Shown one piece after another: positions 1-12,506 of a stretch of 64,000 bases of DNA. Numbering within the stretch: the first letter of the stretch is position 1; the number at the start of each line of letters is the position of its first letter. A model generated the notes under the pieces. The model ran no database searches. It saw only the letters and a program-made list of their open reading frames with translations, and was not told the origin of the DNA. The stretch lies in the NCBI GenBank assembly GCA_037443705.1, contig JBBINV010000011.1:3667-67666 (forward strand), in the 5' to 3' direction. This DNA comes from Betaproteobacteria bacterium (GTDB lineage Bacteria > Pseudomonadota > Gammaproteobacteria > Burkholderiales > SG8-39). The position numbers and the translations under genes are program-made.

Positions 1-244
1 AGTACGACGGGTTGGCCAGGAAAACCGTCTCGACCTGCGCGGGCAGGCGCTCGATCAGGACGCGGCAGAGCATGGTCTTGCCGCTGCCGACCTCGCCGCT
101 CACCTTGACGATGCCTTCCTCGTGAAGGATCGCGTACACGAGCGCCTCGAGCGTCGCGCCGCGGTCGGCGCCGTCGAAGAAGAAATCCGTGTGCGGCGTG
201 ATGCGGAACGGCGGCTCGGCGAGCCCGAAGTGCTCGAGGTACAT
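1..244 (-). CDS. ExeA/MshM (GspA-type) AAA ATPase, N-terminal part; gene runs off the window edge
   Basis: Manual translation from ATG 244: MYLEHFGLAEPPFRITPHTDFFFDG...VKVSGEVGSGKTMLCRVLIERLP. The 'Y..FGL...PF..TP' N-terminus plus Walker A GEVGSGKT is the ExeA family signature. Not in the ORF track. Confidence 0.85.
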   Translation of the reverse strand, partial: MYLEHFGLAEPPFRITPHTDFFFDGADRGATLEALVYAILHEEGIVKVSGEVGSGKTMLCRVLIERLPAQVETVFLANPSY

Positions 245-250
245 GGGCCG

Positions 251-1687
251 TTACTTTTCCTCCCCGGTGTGCATTCGGCTATAGAGGGTCGTGCGGTTCA
301 CTCCGAGCAGCTTCGCCGCCTGGCTGACGTTGCCGCGCGTGAGGCGCAGCGCCGCCTCGATGTAGCCGCGCTCGAGCGCGCGCAGCATTTCGTCGAGGTT
401 CACGCCGCGGCCGCGCTCCAGCTCCAGGTGCCTGAGCGCCCGCTCAACGACGTCGGCCTCCCCCGCGGAGCCTTCGGCGGCGGGTGCCTCGAGATCGAGC
501 TCGGGCTCGAGCTCGGCCGCCGACAGCCGCTGCCCGGCGTACTTCGTCGTGAGCCGGATCACGATGTTGCGCAGCTCGCGCACGTTCCCGGGAAACGGAT
601 AGGCAAGCCAGCGCCGCTCCGCCGACTCGTCGAGGGTGAAGGGTTGCACCCCCTGCTGATCGGCGTACAGGCGCCGGAAGTGCTCGAGCAGCAGCAGCCG
701 GTCTCCCTCCATCTCGCGCAGCGGCGGCACGGCGAGCGTGAACACCGAGAGCCGGTGGTAGAGGTCGGCGCGAAAGCGCCCCAGCCGCACCTCGCGCCGG
801 AGGTCCCGGTTGGTCGCCGCGACGACGCGCGCGCGCGAAAAGCGCCGCTGCGTCTCGCCGACGCGCTGGTATTCGCCGTTCTCGAGCACGCGCAGGAGCT
901 TCGCCTGCATTTCGAGCGGCAGCTCGCCGATCTCGTCGAGGAACAGGGTCCCGTCGTGTGCCTCCTCGAAGTAGCCGGCCTTGTTCGCGGCCGCGCCGGT
1001 GAAGGCGCCCTTCACGTAGCCGAACAGGGTCGGCTCTACGAGCGTCGGCGCGATGGCGGCGCAGTTGAGCGCAAGGCAAGGGCGCGCGGCGCGCGCCGAG
1101 AGCCGGTGCAGGCTCTTCGCCACGAGCTCCTTGCCGCTGCCCGACTCGCCCTCGATCAGCACCGGAAAGGGCGAGTCGGCGAACTGTGCGAGCTGACTCT
1201 TCAGCCTGGCCAGCGCCGCGCTGCCTCCGATGAGGTCCTCCGGCCCCCCCGCGCGCCGCAGCTCGGCTTCGCGCATCGCGAGCGCGCGCTCGAGCGTACG
1301 CGTGAGCGTCGCCGGGTCGCAGGGCTTGGCGATGAACTCGGCGGCGCCGAGCGCGCGGGCATGGCGCGCGTGCACGGCGTCGCTCTGTCCCGAGAGCACG
1401 AAAATGCGCATGCCGGGCGAGTGCGCCAGCAGGTCGCCGATCAGCTGGAAGCCCTCGTCGGGCGCGTGCGGGGTCGGCGGCAGGCCCAGGTCGACGAGCG
1501 CGAGCTGGGGCGGCTCGCCGAGCTGGCGAAGGAGCTCCACCGCGTGGCGCCGCGATTCGCACACGTGCACCTCGAAGCTCGCGCCGAGCGCGAACCGGAG
1601 CGTGTCGCCGATCAGCGGATCGTCGTCGACGATCAGAAGGCCGGGCCGGGCTTCAGTGCCCTGCGGGAGGCTGGTCGCCATCGTCAC
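251..1687 (-). CDS. Sigma-54-dependent response regulator (REC-AAA+-Fis HTH), PrsR/NtrC-like
   Basis: Receiver motifs IVDDD, DLGLPP, AKP; Walker A GESGSGKE; GAFTGA loop; FLDEIGEL; [10 protein letters not shown]; C-terminal [14 protein letters not shown]. Confidence 0.92.
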   Translation of the reverse strand: MTMATSLPQGTEARPGLLIVDDDPLIGDTLRFALGASFEVHVCESRRHAVELLRQLGEPPQLALVDLGLPPTPHAPDEGFQLIGDLLAHSPGMRIFVLSGQSDAVHARHARALGAAEFIAKPCDPATLTRTLERALAMREAELRRAGGPEDLIGGSAALARLKSQLAQFADSPFPVLIEGESGSGKELVAKSLHRLSARAARPCLALNCAAIAPTLVEPTLFGYVKGAFTGAAANKAGYFEEAHDGTLFLDEIGELPLEMQAKLLRVLENGEYQRVGETQRRFSRARVVAATNRDLRREVRLGRFRADLYHRLSVFTLAVPPLREMEGDRLLLLEHFRRLYADQQGVQPFTLDESAERRWLAYPFPGNVRELRNIVIRLTTKYAGQRLSAAELEPELDLEAPAAEGSAGEADVVERALRHLELERGRGVNLDEMLRALERGYIEAALRLTRGNVSQAAKLLGVNRTTLYSRMHTGEEK

Positions 1688-2408
1688 GGATGCACTTGAG
1701 GAACGCGCGCTCCAGCAGCGGCTCGCCGGTGCGCGCGCACAGCTCCTGCGGCGCGCCGCAGAAGCGCAGCTTCCCGCGGTCGATCACCGCCACGGTGCCG
1801 CACAGCTCCTCGACGTCCGCGAGCACGTGCGAGGTGAACAAGAGCGCCGCGCCGCCGCGGTTGAGGCGCGCGAGGACGTTCTTCACCGCGACGCGGCCCG
1901 CCGGGTCGAGCCCGCTCATCGGCTCGTCGAGCACGTACAGGTCGCGCTCGACCAGGAAGCAGGCGGCCAGCCCCAGCTTCTGCGTCATGCCCTTGGAGAG
2001 CTGGCGCACGGGGCGCTCGAGCACGCCCGGCTCGAGCTCGAGCTCGGCGAGCTGCCGCTCGACGCCGCCGCGCTCGAAGCGGCCGCCCGCGAGCGTGAGC
2101 ATCAGCTCCAGGAACTCGCGCCCGAGCAGGTAGTACGGCGGCGCGAAGCTCTCCGGGACGTAGGCAAGCCGCCGGCGCGAGCGCGGCTCGCCGTTCGGGA
2201 CCCCGAAGATCTCCACCCGCCCGCCGTCGGCGCCGCATAGGTCCAGGGCGCATTTGATGAGCGTGGTCTTGCCGGCGCCGTTCGCACCCACCAGGGCAAC
2301 CGCCGCCCCGGGCACCACCTCGAGATCGATGCCCTCGAGCACGCGGCGCCTGCCGAAGCGCTTGGAGAGCGCTTCGACCCGCAATGCGACGACTCCGGCG
2401 GCATCCAT
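1653..2408 (-). CDS. ABC transporter ATP-binding protein
   Basis: Walker A GANGAGKTT, signature LSKGM, Walker B VLDEP, H-loop SH. Confidence 0.9.
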   Translation of the reverse strand: MDAAGVVALRVEALSKRFGRRRVLEGIDLEVVPGAAVALVGANGAGKTTLIKCALDLCGADGGRVEIFGVPNGEPRSRRRLAYVPESFAPPYYLLGREFLELMLTLAGGRFERGGVERQLAELELEPGVLERPVRQLSKGMTQKLGLAACFLVERDLYVLDEPMSGLDPAGRVAVKNVLARLNRGGAALLFTSHVLADVEELCGTVAVIDRGKLRFCGAPQELCARTGEPLLERAFLKCIRDDGDQPPAGH

Positions 2409-2414
2409 CCCTCA

Positions 2415-2422
2415 ACTATAAT
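2415..2422. promoter_or_regulatory. Overlapping divergent -10 boxes: TATAAT on + (2417-2422, for mlaF) and TATAGT on - (2420-2415, 6 nt before ATG 2408)
   Basis: AT-rich hexamers in the 42-bp gap between divergent genes; no clear -35. Confidence 0.45.
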
Positions 2423-2450
2423 CTGCGCTTTCGTCCGGATCGAATTCTCC

Positions 2451-3263
2451 TTGGCCGGTACCGACATCGTCGAGATCGACAACGTCTCGTTCGGCTACGA
2501 CGCCGCGCGGCCGGTCCTGCACGGCATCCGCATGCGCATTCCCCGCGGCAAGGTGGTCGGGATCATGGGCCAGTCGGGCTGTGGCAAGACGACGCTGCTC
2601 AGGATCATCGGTGGCGCGCAGCGACCAGGCGCCGGGCTCGCGCGCGTGCTCGGGACGCGCATCGACGGATTGACGAGCGCCGGGCTCTATGCCCTGCGGC
2701 GCCGGATGGGGATGCTGTTCCAGTTCGGGGCGCTTTTCACGGACATGTCGGTGTTCGACAACGTGGCGTTTCCTCTTCGCGAGCATACCCGGCTCCCGGA
2801 GGACCTGATTGCGGATCTCGTGCTGATGAAGCTCGAGGCCGTGGGCTTGCGCGGCGCCGCCCGGCTGATGCCCTCGGAGCTCTCCGGCGGCATGGCGCGG
2901 CGCGTGGCGCTCGCGCGCGCGATCGCGCTCGACCCGCAGCTGATCCTGTACGACGAGCCGTTCACGGCGCTCGACCCGATCTCGCTCGGGGCGGTCGCGC
3001 GGCTGATCCGGCTCCTCAACGATTCGCTCGGCGCGACCTCGATCGTGGTCACGCACGACGTCGCCGAGACGCTGCCGTTCGTCGACTACGTCTACTTCAT
3101 GGCCGACGGGCGGGTCGTCGCCGAAGGCCCGCCGCGCGAGGTGACCGGATCGCCGGTCCCGTTCGTCGGTCAGTTCGTGCACGGCCGGCTCGACGGCCCG
3201 GTCCCGTTCCACTATCCCGCGCCGAGCTACGGCGCGGATCTCGAGCTGGGCGCGGCTGGCTGA
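2451..3263 (+). CDS. mlaF: Mla phospholipid ABC transporter ATPase
   Basis: [33 protein letters not shown]; first gene of the mla operon. Confidence 0.93.
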   Translation: MAGTDIVEIDNVSFGYDAARPVLHGIRMRIPRGKVVGIMGQSGCGKTTLLRIIGGAQRPGAGLARVLGTRIDGLTSAGLYALRRRMGMLFQFGALFTDMSVFDNVAFPLREHTRLPEDLIADLVLMKLEAVGLRGAARLMPSELSGGMARRVALARAIALDPQLILYDEPFTALDPISLGAVARLIRLLNDSLGATSIVVTHDVAETLPFVDYVYFMADGRVVAEGPPREVTGSPVPFVGQFVHGRLDGPVPFHYPAPSYGADLELGAAG

Positions 3264-3264
3264 C

Positions 3265-4068
3265 ATGCTGATCGCGATCCGGGACATCCTGGGGAAGCTC
3301 GGGGGGGCGCTCACCTCGCGCATCTGGCGCCTGGGATTCGCGGGCCGCTTCTTCGTCTACATGCTGCTGCACTCGGGCACGGCGCTCGGCCGCTTCGGGC
3401 TGACCATCCGCGAGATCTATTTCGCGGGCGTGCTCTCGCTCATCATCATTCTGGTGTCCGGCATGTTCGTCGGCATGGTCCTCGCGCTGCAGGGCTACGA
3501 GACGCTGCAGCGCTACGGCTCGTCGGAGGCGCTGGGGATCCTCGTGGCGCTGTCGCTCGTGCGCGAGCTCGGGCCGGTGGTCGCGGGCCTGCTGTTCGCC
3601 AGCCGCGCCGGCAGCGCGATCACCGCCGAGATCGGCCTGATGAAGGCCACCGAGCAGATCGCCGCCATGGAGATGATGGCGGTGGACCCGATCGCGCGGG
3701 TGATCGCGCCGCGCTTCTGGGCCGGCGTGATCTCGATGCCGCTGCTCGCGGCGCTGTTTTCGGCCATGGGCATCTTCGGCGGCTACCTCGTCGGGGTACA
3801 GCTGATCGGCGTCGACGAGGGCGCCTTCTGGTCGCAGATGCAGGCCGCGGTTGACGTGCGCGAGGACATCATGAACGGCGTCATCAAGAGCGTCGTGTTC
3901 GGCGTCGCCGTCACCTGGATCGCGGTGTTCGAGGGCTACGACGCCCAGCCGACCGCCGAAGGGGTCTCGAGCGCGACGACGCGCACCGTGGTCACTTCGT
4001 CGCTCGCGATCCTGGCGCTCGATTTCGTGCTCACCGCGCTCATGTTCACCGGAGGAAACGCAAGATGA
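3265..4068 (+). CDS. mlaE: Mla permease
   Basis: [39 protein letters not shown] motifs. Confidence 0.95.
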   Translation: MLIAIRDILGKLGGALTSRIWRLGFAGRFFVYMLLHSGTALGRFGLTIREIYFAGVLSLIIILVSGMFVGMVLALQGYETLQRYGSSEALGILVALSLVRELGPVVAGLLFASRAGSAITAEIGLMKATEQIAAMEMMAVDPIARVIAPRFWAGVISMPLLAALFSAMGIFGGYLVGVQLIGVDEGAFWSQMQAAVDVREDIMNGVIKSVVFGVAVTWIAVFEGYDAQPTAEGVSSATTRTVVTSSLAILALDFVLTALMFTGGNAR

Positions 4069-4544
4069 CTCGCGCCACCATCGACGTCTGGGTCGGGCTG
4101 TTCGTCGCCGCGGGCTTCGCGGGGCTGCTGTTCCTCGCCCTCAAGGTGGGGAACCTCGCGTCGTTCTCGACCGCGCAGACGTATCAGGTTCAGGCCAAGT
4201 TTGCTAACATTGGCGGCCTCAAGATCCGGGCGCCGGTCAAGAGCGCGGGCGTGGTGGTGGGTCGGGTGTCGGAGATCCGCTTCGACAACGAGAGCTACGA
4301 GGCGATCGTGACCTTCAACCTCGACGCCCGGTACCAGTTTCCGCGCGACACCGCCGCCAAGATTCTCACCTCGGGGTTGCTCGGCGAGCAGTACGTGGGG
4401 CTGGAAGCGGGCGGCGACGGCGTGATGCTGAAGGGCGGCGACCGGCTGCGCCTGACCCAGTCGGCGGTGGTGCTGGAAAACCTGATCAGCCAGTTCCTTT
4501 TCAACAAGGCGGCTGAGGAGAAGAACGGGAAGGACGGCAAGTGA
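4065..4544 (+). CDS. mlaD: MCE-domain lipid asymmetry protein
   Basis: N-terminal TM helix; [21 protein letters not shown]; TSGLLGEQY; [12 protein letters not shown]. Confidence 0.95.
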   Translation: MTRATIDVWVGLFVAAGFAGLLFLALKVGNLASFSTAQTYQVQAKFANIGGLKIRAPVKSAGVVVGRVSEIRFDNESYEAIVTFNLDARYQFPRDTAAKILTSGLLGEQYVGLEAGGDGVMLKGGDRLRLTQSAVVLENLISQFLFNKAAEEKNGKDGK

Positions 4545-5281
4545 TGCAGCGCTGGGCGAGGAGGCTGATCGTCACGGCTGCGCTCGCAGGGGCGGCCGGG
4601 TGCGCCACGACCAACGGCGCCGATCCGCGCGACCCCCTGGAGGGGTTCAATCGCTCGATGTACGCGTTCAACGAGGCGTTCGACGACGCGATCGGCAAAC
4701 CCGTGGCGACCGCCTACAAGAACGTCCTGCCCGACCCGGTGCGCGACTGGGTGCGCAACTTCTTCGCCAACCTGGCGGACCTTTTCATCGGCGTTAACAA
4801 TCTTTTGCAGGGCAAGCCCGCCGATGCGGTGACCGACTGGGCGCGCTTTGCGTTCAATTCCACGATCGGAATCTTGGGAATCAACGACGTCGCCTCCGAG
4901 ATGGGGCTCGAGAAGCACAACGAGGACTTCGGCCAGACCTTCGGCCGGTGGGGAGCGGGCACCGGCGCGTACATCGTCTGGCCGTTCATCGGCTCGAGCA
5001 CGGTCCGCGATACCGCGGGGCTCGTGCTCGACTGGAGCTTCGACCCGGTGCGGCGCCACGAGCCGAAGGACCCGCGCTACTTCATGATCGGGCTTCGCGC
5101 GGTGAGTACGCGTGCCGAGCTGCTGGACGCGAGCCGCATCCTCGAGGAGGCGGCGCTCGACAAGTACGTGTTCCAGCGCGATGCGTTCCTGCAGCGCCGC
5201 CGCGGCCTCGTTTACGACGGCAACCCGCCACGCGAGCCCGAGTCGCGCCGGCGCGATGAGCCGCGCGCCGCCGTCCGGTGA
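4541..5281 (+). CDS. mlaA: VacJ/MlaA lipoprotein
   Basis: Lipobox AAGC; DPLEGFNRSMYAFN; NSTIGILG; EDFGQTFGRWG. Confidence 0.93.
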   Translation: MMQRWARRLIVTAALAGAAGCATTNGADPRDPLEGFNRSMYAFNEAFDDAIGKPVATAYKNVLPDPVRDWVRNFFANLADLFIGVNNLLQGKPADAVTDWARFAFNSTIGILGINDVASEMGLEKHNEDFGQTFGRWGAGTGAYIVWPFIGSSTVRDTAGLVLDWSFDPVRRHEPKDPRYFMIGLRAVSTRAELLDASRILEEAALDKYVFQRDAFLQRRRGLVYDGNPPREPESRRRDEPRAAVR

Positions 5282-5928
5282 TTTCCCGCCGGCTTGCCCC
5301 GGGCGTCGCTTTCGCCGCGCTTGCGGCGGCTGCGACCGTCGCCCTCGCCCAGGAGTTCCTCGCTCCGGACGCGCTCGTGAAGAACGTCACGCTCGAGGTC
5401 GTCGACATCGTCTCGAAGGACAAGGAGATCCAGGCGGGCGACCGCAGGAAGGTGATCGCGTTGATCGAGGCCAAGGTGCTGCCGCACTTCAATTTCCCCG
5501 CGATGACCGCGACCGCCGTCGGAACCCACTGGAAGAGCGCGACCCCCGAGCAGAAGAGCCGGCTCACGGACGAATTCCGTACGCTGATGGTCCGAACCTA
5601 CGCCAGCTCGATCGCCGCCTACAGGAACCAGAAGTTCGACTTCCGGCCGCTGCGCGCGAAGCCCACGGACACCGACGTGACGGTCCAGGTGCGCGTGCTG
5701 CAGAGTGGCGCCGAACCCGTCAGGATCGACTACGACATGGAGAAGACGCCGCGCGGCTGGAAGGTCTGGGACGTGCGCGTCGCCGACATCAGCCTGACAG
5801 CGAACTATCGCACCGAGTTCGCGAACCTGGTGCGTGAAGGCGGAATCGACGGCCTGATCAGGTCGCTGCGGGCGAAGAACGGATCCCTCGAGCGGGCCGC
5901 GCCGGTCCCGGGGGCGGAAAAGCGATGA
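5278..5928 (+). CDS. mlaC: MlaC/Ttg2D periplasmic phospholipid-binding protein
   Basis: Signal peptide; PHFNF..MT..AVG..WK.ATPEQ; W.VWDV; operon position. Confidence 0.92.
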   Translation: MISRRLAPGVAFAALAAAATVALAQEFLAPDALVKNVTLEVVDIVSKDKEIQAGDRRKVIALIEAKVLPHFNFPAMTATAVGTHWKSATPEQKSRLTDEFRTLMVRTYASSIAAYRNQKFDFRPLRAKPTDTDVTVQVRVLQSGAEPVRIDYDMEKTPRGWKVWDVRVADISLTANYRTEFANLVREGGIDGLIRSLRAKNGSLERAAPVPGAEKR

Positions 5929-6221
5929 TCCGGCGCGAGGGCACGAGGATGCTCGTCGAGGGTCCGGTGACGCTCGCCAACGTCGCGGGCGTGCTCGAGA
6001 GCGGCTACGCCGAGATCCGCGGCGGTGCCTCCGCCGTGGACCTGGCGGGCGTGACCGAGCTCGACTCGTCGCTGCTCGCGATGCTGCTCGCCTGGCTGCG
6101 CGAGGCGCGGCGCCTCGGCCGCGGGCTCGAGTTCGCCAACTTCCCCGAGGGGCTCGCGACGATCGCGCGCCTCTACGGCGTGGTCGAGCTCCTCCCCGGC
6201 GCCCAGCCACAGGCGCATTAG
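5925..6221 (+). CDS. mlaB: STAS-domain protein
   Basis: DLAGVTELDSS.LAMLL STAS motif; operon position. Confidence 0.88.
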   Translation: MIRREGTRMLVEGPVTLANVAGVLESGYAEIRGGASAVDLAGVTELDSSLLAMLLAWLREARRLGRGLEFANFPEGLATIARLYGVVELLPGAQPQAH

Positions 6222-6230
6222 CGAAGATGC

Positions 6231-6258
6231 GTCGCCGTCCCCGCGCAGGCGGGGACCC
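6231..6258. repeat. REP-like short hairpin GTCCCCGC-GCAG-GCGGGGAC
   Basis: Perfect 8-bp stem at 6237-6256, intergenic after the mlaB stop; related copies at 22172-22230 and 30081-30104. Confidence 0.65.
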
Positions 6259-7173
6259 GTGCCGTTTGCCGCCATGACTCCCGCGATCGAGATCCGCAAC
6301 GTCGAGAAGCGCTACGGCGACGTGCGCGCGCTCGCAGGCGTGTCGCTCGAGGTCGGCTGCGGGGAGTTCTTCGGGCTGCTCGGGCCGAACGGCGCCGGCA
6401 AGACCACGCTCATCAGCATCGTCGCCGGGCTTGCGCGCGCCGACCGGGGCGAAGCGCGCGTCATGGGGCACGACGTGGTGTCGGACTACCGCCGCGCGCG
6501 CGCGAAGCTCGGCGTGGTGCCCCAGGAGCTCGTTTTCGACCCGTTCTTCACGGTTCGCGAGACGCTGCGCTTACAGTCAGGCTACTACGGCATCCGCGGC
6601 AACGACGACTGGATCGACGAAGTCATCGCCAATCTGGATCTCGAGTCGAAGGCCGATACCAACATGCGCGCGCTCTCGGGCGGGATGAAGCGCCGGGTGC
6701 TGGTGGCGCAGGCGCTGGTGCACAGGCCGCCGGTCATCGTGCTCGACGAGCCGACTGCCGGGGTCGACGTCGAGCTGCGCCAGGGCCTGTGGCGATTCGT
6801 TCAGCGCCTGAACCGCGACGGCCACACCATCGTGCTCACGACGCACTACCTGGAGGAGGCCGAGCAGCTTTGTGGGCGCATCGCGATGCTGAAGGCGGGC
6901 CGCGTCGTCGCGCTCGACTCCACGCGCAACCTCCTCGACACGTTTTCGGGGATGCAGCTCACGCTGCGGCTGGACCGGGACGCGCTCCCGTCCGGGATCG
7001 ACGCCACGGTGCTCGAGGCCGAGGGCGGGCGATTTCGCCTGCGGCTGCGCGACACCGCAGGGCTCGAGGAGCTGCTCCACCGGCTTCGCGCCGAAGGCAC
7101 CGCGATCCGCGAGTTCGAGCTTCAGCCGCCCGACCTCGAGGAAGTGTTCGTGCGCGTGATGGAGCGGCACTGA
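6259..7173 (+). CDS. ABC transporter ATP-binding protein (YadG-like); start may be ATG 6274
   Basis: GPNGAGKTT, LSGGMKRR, VLDEPTAGVD. Confidence 0.9.
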   Translation: MPFAAMTPAIEIRNVEKRYGDVRALAGVSLEVGCGEFFGLLGPNGAGKTTLISIVAGLARADRGEARVMGHDVVSDYRRARAKLGVVPQELVFDPFFTVRETLRLQSGYYGIRGNDDWIDEVIANLDLESKADTNMRALSGGMKRRVLVAQALVHRPPVIVLDEPTAGVDVELRQGLWRFVQRLNRDGHTIVLTTHYLEEAEQLCGRIAMLKAGRVVALDSTRNLLDTFSGMQLTLRLDRDALPSGIDATVLEAEGGRFRLRLRDTAGLEELLHRLRAEGTAIREFELQPPDLEEVFVRVMERH

Positions 7174-7928
7174 TGGTCGGCTTCGGGACCCTGCTCCGCA
7201 AGGAGCTGCTTCGCTTCTGGAAGGTGAGCTTTCAGACGGTGGCGGCGCCGGTGCTCACGGCGCTGCTGTACCTGTTCGTGTTCGCGCACGCGCTCGAGGG
7301 CCGCGTGCAGATCTACGAGAACGCGAGCTACACCGCGTTCCTGCTGGTCGGGCTCGCGATGATGAGCGTGCTGCAGAACGCGTTTGCCAACAGCTCCTCT
7401 AGCCTGATCCAGTCCAAGATCACGGGCAACGTGATCTTCATCCTGCTGCCACCGATCACGCACTTTCAGTTCTACGGCGCGTATGTGCTCGCCTCGATGC
7501 TGCGCGGGCTGGTGGTGGGTCTGGGAGTGCTCGCGGCGACGGCGTGGCTCGTGCCGCTGCCGCTCGCCGCGCCGCTTTGGGCGGCGGCGTTCGCTCTGCT
7601 CGGGGCCGCGATCCTCGGGGCGCTCGGCCTGATCGCGGGCATCTGGGCCGACAAGTTCGACCAGCTCGCGGCGTTCCAGAACTTCGTCATCCTGCCCGCG
7701 ACGTTCCTGTCCGGGGTGTTCTACTCGATCCACTCGCTGCCCCCGTTCTGGCAGGCGGTCTCGCACCTCAACCCGTTCTTCTACATGGTCGACGGCTTCC
7801 GCTACGGCTTTTTCGGCGTCTCGGACTTCCCGCCGCTCGCGAGTCTCGCCGTGGTGGGGTTAAGCTTCGCGGGCCTGTCGGCGGCCGCGCTGGCGCTGCT
7901 GCGCTCCGGCTATAAGCTTCGCACCTAA
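7173..7928 (+). CDS. ABC-2 type permease (YadH-like)
   Basis: ATG 7173 overlaps the upstream TGA; KELLRFWKVSFQTVAAP; NAFANSSSSL; NPFFYMVDGFRYGF. Confidence 0.9.
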   Translation: MVGFGTLLRKELLRFWKVSFQTVAAPVLTALLYLFVFAHALEGRVQIYENASYTAFLLVGLAMMSVLQNAFANSSSSLIQSKITGNVIFILLPPITHFQFYGAYVLASMLRGLVVGLGVLAATAWLVPLPLAAPLWAAAFALLGAAILGALGLIAGIWADKFDQLAAFQNFVILPATFLSGVFYSIHSLPPFWQAVSHLNPFFYMVDGFRYGFFGVSDFPPLASLAVVGLSFAGLSAAALALLRSGYKLRT

Positions 7929-7933
7929 AGCAC

Positions 7934-9416
<1,483 letters not shown>

Positions 9417-9429
9417 CGCCGTATGGGCG

Positions 9430-9508
9430 GCGAAAAACCGGGACAGACCCGGATTTCCATCCGTGGCGCATTGTTCGGCCGAAATCCGGGTCTGTCCCGG
9501 TTTTTCGC
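9430..9508. repeat. Long-arm palindromic element, subtype A (AAAAACCGGGACAGACCCGG core)
   Basis: Perfect 28-bp inverted arms 9430-9457 and 9481-9508 with a 23-nt loop; ends at the base before hisG ATG 9509. Confidence 0.9.
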
Positions 9509-10153
9509 ATGAGCACCGTCGGCATCGCTCTCTCGAAGGGCCGCATCCTCGAGGAAACGGCGCCGCTGCTCGCGCGCGTCGGCATTCGCGCCAGCGAGGA
9601 TCCGGAGCGCTCGCGAAAGCTCGTGATCCCGACCGAGCGCCGTGACGTGCGGCTGATCGTGGTGCGCGCGGCCGATGCGCCGACCTACGTCCAGCGCGGC
9701 GCGGCCGATCTCGGCATCGCCGGCCGCGACGTGCTCGCCGAGCATGGCGGAGCGGGGCTGTACCAGCCGCTCGACCTCGGCATCGCGGTCTGCCGCATGA
9801 TGGTGGCGGTGCGCCGGGGTTTCGACTACACGGCCGCGGTGCGGCAGGGGGCGCGGCTGCGCGTCGCGACCAAATACGTGCAGACCACGCGCGAGCACTT
9901 CGCGGCCAAGGGCGTGCACGTCGACCTCATCCGCCTCTACGGCTCGATGGAGCTCGCACCGCTCGTCGGCCTGGCGGACGCGATCGTCGACCTCGTGTCA
10001 ACCGGCGGGACGTTGCGCGCCAACGACCTCGTGCCGGTCGAGGAGATCATGCCGGTGTCGGCGCGCCTGGTTGTCAACCAGGCGGCGCTCAAGACCAAGC
10101 GCGACGTCCTGCAGCCGATCATCGACGCCTTCGCGCGGGCGGCCCGGTCGTGA
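9509..10153 (+). CDS. hisG: ATP phosphoribosyltransferase, short form (needs HisZ, which is not in the window)
   Basis: [50 protein letters not shown]; 214 aa. Confidence 0.95.
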   Translation: MSTVGIALSKGRILEETAPLLARVGIRASEDPERSRKLVIPTERRDVRLIVVRAADAPTYVQRGAADLGIAGRDVLAEHGGAGLYQPLDLGIAVCRMMVAVRRGFDYTAAVRQGARLRVATKYVQTTREHFAAKGVHVDLIRLYGSMELAPLVGLADAIVDLVSTGGTLRANDLVPVEEIMPVSARLVVNQAALKTKRDVLQPIIDAFARAARS

Positions 10154-11430
10154 AGCTGCGGCGGCTCTCGACGCGCGCGCCCGGGTTCGGGGCCGCGCTC
10201 GCCGGGCTTGCGCGCTACGAGGCGGCGCAGGATGCGGCCGTCGAGCGCGCGGTGAAAACGATTGTCGCCGAGGTGCGCCGGCGCGGCGACCCCGCATTGC
10301 TCGCCTACAGCCGGCGCTTTGACGGCGTCAGGGCCCGTTCGGTTTCCAGCCTGGAGATCCCGGCGGCGGAAATCCGGGGTTTCCTGAAGGAAATTCCGGT
10401 GCGGGAGAAAAGCGCGCTCGAGCAGGCAGCCAGCCGGATCCGGCGCTTCCACGAGCGGCAGCGAGCGCGCTCCTGGAGCTACACGGATCGTGACGGCACG
10501 CGGCTCGGCCAGCAGGTCAGGCCGCTCGAGCGCGTCGGGCTCTATGTGCCGGGCGGCAAGGCCGCGTACCCCTCGTCGGTGCTGATGAACGCCATCCCCG
10601 CCAAGGTCGCCGGCGTGCGCGAGCTGATCATGGTGAGCCCGAAGCCGACGCCGCTCGTCCTTGCGGCGGCCGCGGTCGCGGGCGTCGACCGGGCCTTCGC
10701 GATCGGCGGCGCCCAGGCGGTCGCGGCGCTCGCCTACGGCACGCGCGCCGTGCCGCGCGTGGACAAGATCGTGGGGCCGGGCAACGTCTATGTCGCCGAG
10801 GCCAAGCGCCAGGTCTTCGGCCGGGTCGGCATCGACATGATCGCCGGGCCCTCCGAGATCGTGGTGATCTGCGACGGCAGCACCGATCCGGACTGGGTGG
10901 CGATGGATCTGTTCTCGCAAGCCGAGCACGACGAGCTCGCGCAGGCGATCCTGCTCTGCCCGCGAGCTTCGTACCTCGACGACGTGCAGCGATCGATCGC
11001 GAGGCTCCTGCCGGCAATGCCGCGTCGCGAGGTGATCCGGGCCTCCCTCGGGAAGCGCGGCGCGCTGATCGAGACGCGCAGCCTCGCCGAGGCCTGCGAG
11101 ATCGCCAACCGCATCGCTCCCGAGCACCTCGAGCTCTCGGTGGCGAAGCCGCGCGCGCTGCTTCCCAGGTTGCGCCATGCCGGCGCGGTGTTCCTCGGGC
11201 GCTGGAGCTCGGAGTCGGTGGGCGACTATTGCGCCGGGCCGAACCACGTCCTGCCGACCTCGGGCACGGCGCGCTTCTCCTCGCCGCTCGGCGTCTACGA
11301 CTTCCAGAAGCGCTCGAGCGTCATCAGCGTGTCGCGCGAGGGCGCGCGCCGGCTTGGGCGTCTCGCGGCGCGGCTGGCGCGCGGCGAAGGGCTGTTCGCG
11401 CACGCGCGCGCGGCGGAGCTGCGGCGATGA
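10150..11430 (+). CDS. hisD: Histidinol dehydrogenase
   Basis: [51 protein letters not shown]. Confidence 0.96.
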   Translation: MKLRRLSTRAPGFGAALAGLARYEAAQDAAVERAVKTIVAEVRRRGDPALLAYSRRFDGVRARSVSSLEIPAAEIRGFLKEIPVREKSALEQAASRIRRFHERQRARSWSYTDRDGTRLGQQVRPLERVGLYVPGGKAAYPSSVLMNAIPAKVAGVRELIMVSPKPTPLVLAAAAVAGVDRAFAIGGAQAVAALAYGTRAVPRVDKIVGPGNVYVAEAKRQVFGRVGIDMIAGPSEIVVICDGSTDPDWVAMDLFSQAEHDELAQAILLCPRASYLDDVQRSIARLLPAMPRREVIRASLGKRGALIETRSLAEACEIANRIAPEHLELSVAKPRALLPRLRHAGAVFLGRWSSESVGDYCAGPNHVLPTSGTARFSSPLGVYDFQKRSSVISVSREGARRLGRLAARLARGEGLFAHARAAELRR

Positions 11431-12506
11431 GCGTCGCGCAGAAGGTGATCCGGCCCGAGATCCAGGAGATGCACGCCTACGCGGTGGCCGACGCGACGGG
11501 TCTGGTCAAGCTCGACCTCATGGAGAACCCTTACGGGCTGCCCGAGGAGCTGGCGGCGGAGATCGGCCGTGTCGTGTCGCGGCTGTCCCTCAACCGCTAT
11601 CCGGTGCCGACCGCGCGGCGGCTGCGCAATCTGATCCGAGAGGTGATGCAGGTCCCGCCGGGCTGCGAGGTGCTGCTCGGCAACGGCTCCGACGAGTGCA
11701 TCCAGTACGTCACCGCGGCGATTGCGCGCGAAGGCGCGGTGGTGATGGCGCCCTCGCCCTCCTTCGCGATGTTCTCCGCGTACGCGCTCTTCTACCGCCT
11801 GCGCTTCACCGGCGTGCCCCTGCGCGAGGACTTCACGCTCGACGCCGAGGCTTTTCTCGCCGCGATGGCGAAGGACAAGCCCGCGCTCGTCTGGATCGCC
11901 TACCCCAACAACCCCACCGGCAATGCGTTCCCGGTCGGCGACATCGAGCGCATCCTGCGCGCCGCGCCCGGCCTGGTCGTCATCGACGAAGCCTATCAGC
12001 CGTTCGCGGGCGCGACCTTCATGCCGCGCCTGGCGGAGTTCGAGAACCTGGTGGTGATGCGCACCGTTTCGAAGATCGGCATGGCGGGCCTGCGCCTGGG
12101 CTACGTCTGCGGGCGGCCCGAATGGATCGAGGAGTTCAACAAGACTCGCTCGCCGTTCAACGTCAATGTCGTCACCGAGGCGATCGCGATCACGCTGCTC
12201 GAGCACAAGTCGGTGCTCGACGCGCAGGCGGCCCGGGTGCTCGCCGAGAGAGAGCGCATCCGGCCGGAGCTCGATCGCATGCCGGGCCTCACCGTCTATC
12301 CTTCGGTGGCGAACTTCTTTCTCGCGCGCGTCAAGGGCCCCGCGGGCGCCGGCGCACGCGTCTTCGAGGCGCTAAAGGCGCAGGGCGTGCTGGTGAAGAG
12401 CTTCGCGGGCGGCCCGGCGGCGCTCGAGAACTGCCTGCGGATCTCCATTGGCACGCCCGAGGAAAACCGTATACTCCTCGCAGCACTCCGCGAGGCGCTC
12501 AAATGA
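11427..12506 (+). CDS. hisC: Histidinol-phosphate aminotransferase
   Basis: ATG 11427; [37 protein letters not shown] (PLP lysine). Confidence 0.95.
   Translation: MSVAQKVIRPEIQEMHAYAVADATGLVKLDLMENPYGLPEELAAEIGRVVSRLSLNRYPVPTARRLRNLIREVMQVPPGCEVLLGNGSDECIQYVTAAIAREGAVVMAPSPSFAMFSAYALFYRLRFTGVPLREDFTLDAEAFLAAMAKDKPALVWIAYPNNPTGNAFPVGDIERILRAAPGLVVIDEAYQPFAGATFMPRLAEFENLVVMRTVSKIGMAGLRLGYVCGRPEWIEEFNKTRSPFNVNVVTEAIAITLLEHKSVLDAQAARVLAERERIRPELDRMPGLTVYPSVANFFLARVKGPAGAGARVFEALKAQGVLVKSFAGGPAALENCLRISIGTPEENRILLAALREALK

Noticed and set aside
9417-9508. Classical his attenuator with leader peptide
   Set aside because: No short ORF with tandem His codons; the hairpin is a copy of a dispersed repeat found at unrelated loci.
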